A stretch of DNA of 20,100 nt from Ginkgo biloba (lineage: Eukaryota; Plantae; Ginkgophyta): positions 60,285,395-60,305,494 of the forward strand of contig JANKJI020000002.1 in assembly GCA_024626585.2 (NCBI GenBank). Reading direction: 5' to 3'. The notes beneath the pieces are model-generated. The model ran no database searches. It was given only the letters and a program-made list of their open reading frames with translations, and had not been told where the DNA came from. How positions within the stretch are numbered: position 1 is the stretch's first letter; every line of letters starts with the position of its first letter. A program made the position numbers and the translations under genes. Shown piece after piece: positions 11,969 to 20,100 of this stretch.

Positions 11969-13460
11969 ATTGACATTAGTAATAAGAAGTATAACACATT
12001 ACAAAAATAACATCCTTAGACTATTTGTAGATGTCTTGAATTATTAATATGCCTAACAATTTAAGATAACCATAGAAAATCTTAGACACTTACAATGATA
12101 TGGATAGAACTAAATTAATTGGACATTTGACATGTTCCACTGAGAATAAATGTATACTATTGTTTATAAATAATTTCATATTATATTAGATGTTAATAGA
12201 AAAATATTTAGTGTATAGCCCAAAATCATTTAAAAGGAACTTGTAAACACTCCATCATTAGCTATCACTCTAAAAAAACTCAATGTGCCATACCTAAGAT
12301 ATCCACACTAACTCCAAACAATACCTAGGCTAATAATATATCAATAGGAATTATTTAGTGTGATATTTTTTATGCAACGAAATGAATTCTTTTTCTATAT
12401 AATAAAGAAAAACCTACAATAGCTCCATCAAACCCAAATTAAGTTATAAGAACTATCAAAGGCCNNNNNNNNNNNNNNNNNNNNNNNNNNNNNNNNNNNN
12501 NNNNNNNNNNNCTTATAAGTGTGTTCGCCAAATCAAAGTTTCAACCTTTATCTATGTTCTTAAAAAATGTTATGTAAATGACCAATTTAGTTTTCCCATG
12601 TAATGACAAATACAAAATGTAAAATAAATAGAGTTAATAGTATGCACAATAAAGAAAATCACTAGGTAAAAGATTACACTTTATTATTGTCCAATAATGA
12701 ATATGTTATAAGAATGGCATCACAATGAAGAAAAGTATCTTAATGCCCTTTTAAATAGAAAGACTAGCTNNNNNNNNNNNNNNNNNNNNNNNNNNNNNNN
12801 NNNNNNNNNNNNNNNNNNNNNNNNNNNNNNNNNNNNNNNNNNNNNNNNNNNNNNNNNNNNNNNNNNNNNNNNNNNNNNNNNNNNNNNNNNNNNNNNNNNN
12901 NNNNNNNNNNNNNNNNNNNNNNNNNNNNNNNNNNNNNNNNNNNNNNNNNNNNNNNNNNNNNNNNNNNNNNNNNNNNNNNNNGTTGAAATGTTTAGACATT
13001 CAACTTGCATATAATAACGTAATTATTGGATTGTCTTATATCAGAGAGAGAAGAGAATTAACTACACAACTTGATAAATAAAAAGTATTTTAGTTTTTTA
13101 AAGCACGTAATTAAGAAAACATGCATGTTCACCATATCATTTCTAAGATTACATACATAAATTAATAGCCTGAATCATTACAAATATCATAACTAAGATT
13201 AACATACAATTACAAATGAGACTAATGATATATCAAACATAAAACATGGATCATCCAAAATATACAAAAAATCTAACAAACCAAGGCTAACAATAGAACA
13301 CTTAAGGCAACATACAATCATAAAATTTATAATCTACTTTTTCAAATTCAAATCTTGTAACTGCATGGACTTAACTTGTTTGATAATTTAGCCTCGACCA
13401 ATGGGCCATAATCTAATGTCCACCCTTTGGCCAAGACACTAATGCTACATATATGTGGAA

Positions 13461-13704
13461 ATGCTTATAACCCCCAAAGTCTATTGCTCTATTTACCACC
13501 TTATTTGAAATCGACGATGCTTACTATCCCCAAAGTCTATTGCTCTATTTACCACCTTATTCAAAATCGACATAATCCCTAAAGACTATTGTTCTATTTA
13601 CCACCTTATTGTCTATTGCTCTATTTACAACCTTATTCGAAATTAACAATGCTTATAATCCCCAAAGTTTATTGCTCTATTTACTACCTTATTCAAAATA
13701 GACG
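13461..13704. repeat. 56-bp tandem repeat, about 5 units (three near-full, two partial)
   Basis: Unit ATGCTTATAACCCCCAAAGTCTATTGCTCTATTTACCACCTTATTTGAAATCGACG at 13461, 13517 and ~13649, with truncated units at ~13572 and ~13611. Confidence 0.92.
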
Positions 13705-14133
13705 AAAGTCAAATAGAGACAAATCTCTTTTTCTTTTAATGCAAAATTTAAACCTATAAATTAAGAATAAGAACAAGATTAAATATATGTCCATAATTAA
13801 TGATATATATCGTGAAGAGAAATGGGTGAAAATACGTTAATCCAATTTCCCTTCCGAAATACAATAAACTCCTCTGAATTGTACGTTCTAAAATTCCACA
13901 ATGAGATGTTGAAATATATTATTAGACTGCGTTATAATTGATAAGTTGATGGTGAAACTCTATTATTTGACATCTTCTCCTTTGATAGGCTCACTTGATT
14001 GTACGTTTTATTCTATCGAAACTTCGCATGGAAGCTTGTGACACAATTCTTTGAGGTAAACCCAAAAGTCTTGCCATTGCATTGCCCAGCTTTGGAGCAG
14101 AGTAAGAAGAGGAGCTAATGCTGAGATCGATCC

Positions 14134-14390
14134 ATGGAGAAGACAAGATTGCAAATGCTAGCTCATAAAAGGCGCATTGAATTGCCTTCATATTCCTGCA
14201 CAAGAGAGGGGCCTGACCATTTGCCTCGGTTTAAAGCAACTGTAACATACGATGGAGAAATCTTTAAAAGCCCCAATTTCTGTCAGNNNNNNNNNNNNNN
14301 NNNNNNNNNNNNNNNNNNNNNNNNNNNNNNNNNNNTCTCAAATCTTTGCTTTCGCGGGATGATTCACTGCTTGAGTTCGTGAAGCCCGAG
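14134..14390 (+). CDS. First coding exon of a double-stranded RNA-binding protein (plant DRB family, N-terminal dsRBD)
   Basis: MEKTRLQMLAHKRRIELPSYSCTREGPDHLPRFKATVTYDGEIFKSPNFC resembles the plant DRB2/3/5-type dsRBD1 pattern (LPSY.C.REGPDH.PRFKATV.F.GE.F.SP.FC). Start context is tccATGG with an in-frame stop upstream (TGA 14122). After the N gap an alternative frame reads LKSLLSRDDSLLEFVKPE and ends at the donor GAG|GTGAGA. Confidence 0.88.
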
Positions 14391-14396
14391 GTGAGA
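14389..14396 (+). other. Probable 5' splice donor (AG|GTGAGA)
   Basis: Near-consensus donor just after the end of the dsRBD, followed by T-rich non-coding sequence. Confidence 0.65.
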
Positions 14397-14882
14397 CATC
14401 TATTCCAAATAACCAGGTCTTCAATTATCTTGTGAATGTAACAGCCCATATACCATGTCAGACAGAGCTTTTATCTTCTGCATGCATGATGCAACTGCAA
14501 TTTATTCTGCAATTCTACATATACTGCTATTTTATTTGTTTTTATGCAAAGTTTTACTGCATACCCAAGTGGTATCTTCAATTGGTCCTGCTTCTTCCTA
14601 GGTCCCTCGCATCTTCTGTGTTGTATGTCAAGATCTGGTATTTAACATCCAATTATTAAAACAATGCCCATCTCTTCAGAATTGATGGGTTTTGAAAAAT
14701 GACCAATTTGATGAGCTGCTAGTGAAGTCTTCCCTTGGTCTGTATGTAGTTTAGGGCCCCATCCCAAAGCCTCCTAGATAAATCTGTGCCATAGAATTGC
14801 ATCAAAGTGAAATTGGTAACGGTTATGTTTATAGAGAAGTGACCAAAGGGTTTTTGATTTGTTTCGTTTCTTCTCTAATTCT

Positions 14883-15779
14883 CTAATGGGCACCTCCTGT
14901 TGTTTTCCCACAACATCCTGACTGCATGTTGGTTCCAATGATTAAAACTTCATTTGTACCACTATCAACAAATCCACCTGCATGACTATGAACATGGACA
15001 CATAGGGCAGTTTCATTGCTAAGAATAAATTTTAATTTTTGNNNNNNNNNNACTTTGTTGGTGAACATTTTTGTTGATAACAGAGCCTCCATGTGGCCAT
15101 GGTTACGTTTAGGGTCACCTTAGGCATTACAAATGTGTACATGCTTTCATTTGTAAGTATCCGTGTATATTGATAGTCCCATTTTGTGCCAAAGAACTCT
15201 GTACCGCTGTTTGAAACTTGCAATTGTAATTCTTGAGATATAAACATTTAATACTCCAAGAGAAAGAGTTGGTCATGCATGCTATTGCAGCTATCAGTCC
15301 ATCCAACTTGATTCTAAGTATGGTGTCACTAGTAGTGGGACCCAAATATAAATCAGTCCACCTTTACCACGAAGTATGCTGTCAATGGTAATAGGACAAA
15401 GAGAGCCAAAAATGTTTTCCACTTCAAAACAAGTGTTGTGACTTTTTGGTGCTCATCCAAAGAATGCTCAATCCCTTTGAGCATAATCATGTGCTTCTTC
15501 TAGAAGTGGAGGAATAAGTGAAGAGGCAGTTCAAGCAGTATGAAACAAGGTTGTAATGCTTTGGCAAGAGGGATATCATGTCAGCATCCTAACCTCATTA
15601 AGTCCTCCGGCCTTGTCTTTGACAAGAGTTCATACCTATATATTGTTAAAAGGAAAATTGAGATATTGTGGACATGAAGTCCAAATATTCAACATCCCTT
15701 GTATGGTTGGTATTTGAACCCTTAATGAAGTACAAGCATGATAATGGGTTATGATGAAGAAGTTGGATTTTGGAGGTGT
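14883..15779 (-). pseudogene. Decayed ~300-codon reading frame of unknown product, with weak GIY-YIG-like motifs; possibly part of the Penelope-like element
   Basis: Single frame from 15779 to 14883. I count 12 internal stops: 8 TGA, 3 TAG, 1 TAA. Contains GGLIYIW (15362-15342) and VYISRITIASFKQRYRVLWH (15245-15186). Confidence 0.4.
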
Positions 15780-17050
15780 TGTAACAACCCGCCCTCTAAA
15801 TTTTCAGCACAAACAAGTCATAACCTGCAATAGACAGGGCTGTTGGAGTGNNNNNNNNNNNNNNNNNNNNNNNNNNNNNNNNNNNNNNNNNNNNNNNNNN
15901 NNNNNNNNNNNNNNNNNNNNNNNNNNNNNNNNNNNNNNNNNNNNNNNNNNGAAAGGGAGTACTCATGGCTACTGCAACCACTAAACTAAAAAAAATTAAG
16001 TACAAAAGGTGCAAAATATAAAATACAAAATGGCAACCCTAAAGTGTGGCCTAATTAATCATGAATGAGAGAAAAGAGTTTTAAAATCAACCCCACGAAT
16101 AAAACCAAGCATTCAAACCTCCCCTCAAAAGTCCCTAACAATTAAAATTGTCAATTTACAAACCAAAATAGAATAATCTCCAAGCATTGCCATAGAGGAC
16201 TCGAACCTCACTAAAGAAAAGGTAAAATTAGAAGAACTTGTGCAAATCATCAATGAATTTATGTAGAAATGGAGCAACAATGCTAGGAAATAATAAATAA
16301 TCTACCACCATGAATGGACATCCTCAAAATGAACTTATCTAGAAAAATGTGTGAGAAACCAAGAGGACCCAAAGGCCAAAGTGTTCCTACAATCCTAGAT
16401 AGGAAGGTAGTCTCTCAACACAATGTAAGAAGAGGAATCACAATAAATGTTGGGGTCTAAGTCTCCCATACACTTAAAGTATTACAATGGAATGAGGATC
16501 CATGTGGAGGTCTAAGTCTCTCCTACATGGTCCTAATACATTATGTTGAAGAGAGATAAGACATAGAAAAGAGAGAATATAGAAAGGAGAGAGCATAGAG
16601 AGAAGGAAATCATCCAAATCAAGGAGAAATAAGTGCTGCAAGTGGTCCAAATCATCTCCAAAACTAATCTCGAGAAAAATGAAGTGCTGCAAGTGGTCCA
16701 AATCATCTCCAACACTAATCTTGAGAAGAATGAAGTGTTGCAAGTGGTCCAAATCATCTCCAAAACTAATCTCGAGAAGAATGAAAGAGTCCCATCTCAA
16801 ATTCTCATGCTTCTAATTCGAGGTAACCCTTATCTTGTTGCTCATGAAGAAGCTCCCAAGTTTGTGAGGATTTCTCCAACAAACCAAGGGTCAAGGAATG
16901 TGCTCAAGCTGAGGGTGTCGTTGGAAAACATGAAAGAGTTTAGGGTTTAGGGTACCCCCCAAGTTCAAAGCTCTACTGAACTCACAAAAGTCCAACTTCA
17001 CAACTAGGGGGCCCATCTTACCCCGATTTGACATCTGAGGCTATCTCACA
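15780..17050. mobile_element. Solo-LTR-like insertion
   Basis: Begins TGTAACAACCCG and ends GGCTATCTCACA (TG...CA, with imperfect inverted termini TGTAACAACC/TGTGAGATAGCC). Non-coding, with internal tandem repeats. No target-site duplication found, and it contains a 100-N gap. Confidence 0.5.
16631..16783. repeat. 51-bp tandem repeat, 3 near-identical units
   Basis: AAGTGCTGCAAGTGGTCCAAATCATCTCCAAAACTAATCTCGAGAAAAATG at 16631, 16682 and 16733. Confidence 0.95.
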
Positions 17051-17055
17051 CAAAC

Positions 17056-17564
17056 CTGTTGTAATAACAATGATTTATGGTCTCAGCAAACCTTAGAAAA
17101 ACATGAGCGCAAAAAATCAAGGGGATATCCTCGAGCTCGTAGAAGTAAGTAAAAAGTCCTCCTTAGATGAGAAAACCCTGCTTGTGAGATTCCTCGTAGC
17201 AGAAATCTCTTTAGCTCTCTAATAATAAAGGCAGTCTTTTGATGTCATGGATGCCATGAAGAAAATGGAATGTACTGATAGGCATTCAACAGTTTCTGAT
17301 AGCAACCTGTAGACAATATTCCAGAGATCACAAAATTTGGTCCTTTGAAAAGTGTCACATCCAACAAATTAATACTGCTATCAGAAATACAAGTTGAGAT
17401 ACGAATATTCTTAGGGTATATGTTTTGACAACCATCAAAGAAGAATTGAAGCCTTTCTCTCGAGCCATTCCAAACTAGAAATCCATCGTCTATATATCTC
17501 TTAAAGAATAATTTTTTTGGAAAGTTGTCCCTCCTAAACACTTCTTGTTCCAAGTGACAAAGAA
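17056..17564 (-). mobile_element. Penelope-like element reverse transcriptase fragment (catalytic YxDD motif through thumb/C-terminal extension)
   Basis: LFFKRYIDDGFLVWNG, SINLLDVTLFKG and YQKLLNAYQYIPFSSWHP. The frame continues through one TGA into HQKTAFIIRELKRFLLRGISQAGFSHLRRTFYLLLRARGYPLDFL. The S.HP...R...L..RGYP thumb is characteristic of PLE RTs, not LINE or LTR RTs. Confidence 0.9.
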
Positions 17565-17664
17565 NNNNNNNNNNNNNNNNNNNNNNNNNNNNNNNNNNNN
17601 NNNNNNNNNNNNNNNNNNNNNNNNNNNNNNNNNNNNNNNNNNNNNNNNNNNNNNNNNNNNNNNN

Positions 17665-18675
17665 TGCTATTAGGATGGTATTATGCCACAAGACAATCCA
17701 AAATCATGAAAAAAAATAAGGTCACACTATTCAACAAAAAATACAAGATGGTATTATTATTGATCATGCATGGGCAATGCACTAAGAAAATTATTGACAA
17801 TGATATGATCTCCAATGACACCATCCTGTCTGAGGTCACAATTAATGCGTTCTTGAAATAGCTTGCCAATGTGTGAAAGATCCAAATAACACGTGTGAAG
17901 AATACCCAAAAACGCCCAACATACAAAGAAAGGTCATCATCAACAATGATGATTATATTCAAGTGAATGTTCCCTTTGCTCCAAGAAGCTTATAAAGTAA
18001 GAGAACCCCAAAGTTGTTTCATAGAATCCAATATTCATGGTGATACAAGAAACCCTTTGAAGATCCAACTTTTCACCACTTCGACAAGATCTTAAATGAT
18101 TTTAGCACTGCATCATCTTAATACTCGATCAAATCACCAAAGATGTTGAACTAAGAACTATGTTAGGAGACACTTCAGTCAGAATGATCGCTAACATACC
18201 AAATTTAATCATGCCACTCCAAATTACTTTGGAATGAATCATATTCAAAGATGTATAGAAGTATGGATGGAAGGCCAAATGCCAAACATGAATGATTACA
18301 CTTCTTAACCTTTTATGATAGGCTTTCAAATTGTACTTCCTTACAAAAAGAATTTAGTGATTGGACAAAATTGTACTATTGCTTTGAAATCACGTATGGA
18401 CATATTGAGAAAGCTTCATTATCAAAAGTCAATAAAATTACCCCAACTAGAAATCACATAAAGAATTGCAAATTAATGTTGCAGCAAAATAATATGCCAC
18501 AAAAAACATGGGCTTACCAATGGTTTGAATCATTTTTGAAAGATGAAAAACAATGGTATGGGCACCAAGAAGCATCTCGCATAGCAAGTTGATCAGAACT
18601 TGAGGCTAATTTTTGCAAAACCTTTGCACCTGAAGTGAAGACATTGGTAACTTAACAATAATGGATTAACTACAA
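17665..18675 (+). pseudogene. Decayed coding-like region ending in a retrotransposon gag-like motif
   Basis: ORF 18371-18592 read through its TGA gives WAYQWFESF...IAS*SELEANFCKTFAP, matching the Retrotrans_gag pattern A..W.....I.SW.EL...F...F. The upstream portion is unrecognised. Confidence 0.45.
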
Positions 18676-18678
18676 GAG

Positions 18679-19490
18679 TTCTCCATTGCAACTTTTTGTT
18701 GTTTTAGCATGTCCACCAAGGATGATATCTACTCTGAAAATAGGCCACTCAAAATTAGAATCATTATGGGACGATGGCAATGAATTGTGACATCAAACAA
18801 CAAGACTAATATCCACCTGAGTACTACACATTGGCTTATGAAAAATGGGGCATTAACAAAACACTAGGACAATTGCAAAGGATGGACAATTTGTCCATTA
18901 CAAAGAGTTCAAAACATGTAAAATAAACATTGGTATAGAATTAGGGCCCCAAAACATCATTTTTTGAAATTTTTGGGATACTNNNNNNNNNNNNNNNNNN
19001 NNNNNNNNNNNNNNNNNNNNNNNNNNNNNNNNNNNNNNNNNNNNNNNNNNNNNNNNNNNNNNNNNNNNNNNNNNNNNNNNNNTTTCTAGAATATGGAAAA
19101 CAACGGTACAGACACTAAGAAGCTTTTTGCACCGTAAGTTGGTCCGAACTAAAAGCAAACTTTTTGATCTCGTAAAGAAAATACATAGGTAGTTCAAGCT
19201 AGAGTGGAGAAGTTACAATAGTATTCCATGCCAACCTTCCATTGCTTTATCATGCACACAAAAAATGATTTCTACTCTAAAAAGAGATATCATGCAAAAT
19301 GGGACCACTATCAAGCGATGACATTCAACTTGAAAGCCCCAAGTCTTGTATCCATTTGAGTATTTTGCAATGATTTATGAAGAATGGGATGTTGATTAAA
19401 CTGACAAAAGATGAACACTTGGTCCATTACAAAGAACTCAAAACATATGTAATTGACATCGGTATAGAACTAGATCCCCAAAACATCATT
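18679..19490. repeat. Two diverged direct repeats of ~270-280 bp (about 18679-18961 and 19222-19490)
   Basis: GTCCATTACAAAGAGTTCAAAACAT...ACATTGGTATAGAATTAGGGCCCCAAAACATCATT vs GTCCATTACAAAGAACTCAAAACAT...ACATCGGTATAGAACTAGATCCCCAAAACATCATT. Also ATGATATCTACTCT/ATGATTTCTACTCT and TTATGAAAAATGGG/TTATGAAGAATGGG. Confidence 0.75.
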
Positions 19491-19669
19491 CCCATATATT
19501 ATTGCGGTAACTATTACTCAACCTACTGCTTTGCTTAAAGAATTGAGATGTGCTAATATGATTGCACAAAGATTTTAAAGATACCACTAGAAATAGGTGA
19601 ACACCTCATTGAATTTATTGAAGGCACTAAACCTATGTGAAAACGTCCATACCAAATAAAATCGATATT

Positions 19670-20100
19670 TAAAGAGTAGGCAAATGAGGAATGTGATAAA
19701 ATGCACAAAGCTAGGTATATCAACAAATTGAGTTTTTCCATTCAGGATGAGTTGACAACCCAGCTAATAACGACGGTGGATGAAGCCTATCAGCTAGCCC
19801 TAAGGGTTGAAGAAAAGCTAGCCCGACAATCAAGGAAAATACCTTGTGTCAGATATGGTCGTGCTGGTGGATGGAAGCTACATAGAAGTGTCAATAGGTG
19901 GTAAGCTATAGGAAAAGATGTGACGATAGAGCCGCATGAGTAGAATGCAGTCAGATATCGACCAACGAGAGGAGGTAGAAACTCTTCGGTCAGACCAAGA
20001 GATAGACTCCCATGGAACAACCTTAGAAAGACCAACAGAGCATCAAGAAATTTTAGTTAGTCAATGAAGTGTTACACCTGCAGAGAAGATTGTCACATCT
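19670..20100 (+). pseudogene. Degenerate gypsy gag fragment with zinc knuckle, continues beyond the window
   Basis: KARYINKLSFSIQDELTTQLITTVDEAYQLALRVEEKL (cf. gag ARYINGL...IQDE......V.EAYQ.AL..EEKL), an RG-rich linker, and KCYTCREDCH at the window end. Confidence 0.8.

Noticed and set aside
12720-13010. ORFs made mostly of X (also 7327-7606, 15751-16014, 18898-19197)
   Set aside because: Artefacts of N runs that contain no stop codons.
13461-13704. CRISPR-like array
   Set aside because: Units are contiguous with no unique spacers, there are no cas genes, and the context is eukaryotic.
14336-14382. ORF-track ending SNLCFRGMIHCLSS* for the DRB exon (single-exon 82-aa protein)
   Set aside because: The frame is carried across an N gap of unreliable length. 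The alternative frame fits dsRBD helix 2 and ends at a splice donor.
14708-14730. Hammerhead-ribozyme-like core TTGATGAGCTGCTAGTGAAG near the PLE-associated region
   Set aside because: It needs several substitutions to reach CTGATGA...GAAA, and I could not identify flanking stems I/III. An Infernal search would be needed.
16474-16950. Repeat-protein ORFs (16474-16800, 16533-16763, 16633-16950)
   Set aside because: By-products of a stop-free 51-bp tandem repeat inside an LTR-like segment, with no domain signature.
16938-16953. Telomere-like TTTAGGGTTTAGGG
   Set aside because: Only two units; such telo-box motifs are common in plant LTRs and do not indicate a telomeric or telomere-targeted PLE insertion.
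14883-17564. Selenocysteine or readthrough recoding of the many in-frame TGA codons in the PLE-associated frames
   Set aside because: Land plants lack the Sec machinery, TAG and TAA stops also occur, and CGA>TGA (or TGG>TGA) deamination explains the bias more simply.
17565-17691. N-terminus MWHNTILIA of the PLE ORF
   Set aside because: Joined to the RT only through a 100-N gap, and the sequence beyond the gap is not RT-like.

Overview
AT-rich eukaryotic DNA, most likely from a large land-plant (gymnosperm- or fern-like) draft genome. It contains many N runs, several of exactly 100 N, which are probably gaps of unknown size. The left 11.6 kb is a nest of heavily decayed Ty3/gypsy LTR retrotransposons: a chromovirus-type pol with two related LTR copies, a gag-protease element cut off at the start of RT, and a minus-strand element with a tandem-duplicated gag/protease block and no visible RT or integrase. 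At 14134 a host gene for a double-stranded RNA-binding (DRB-family) protein begins, with a 56-bp tandem repeat upstream. Its first exon ends at a GT donor at 14391 and no second exon is recognisable, so the rest of the window is probably one TE-filled intron. The most notable content of that region is a minus-strand Penelope-like element (PLE) reverse transcriptase/thumb fragment (about 17056-17564). On the same strand, beyond a solo-LTR-like insert, lies a decayed ~300-codon frame with a weak GIY-YIG-like signature. All calls come from manual translation and motif recognition; no searches were run.
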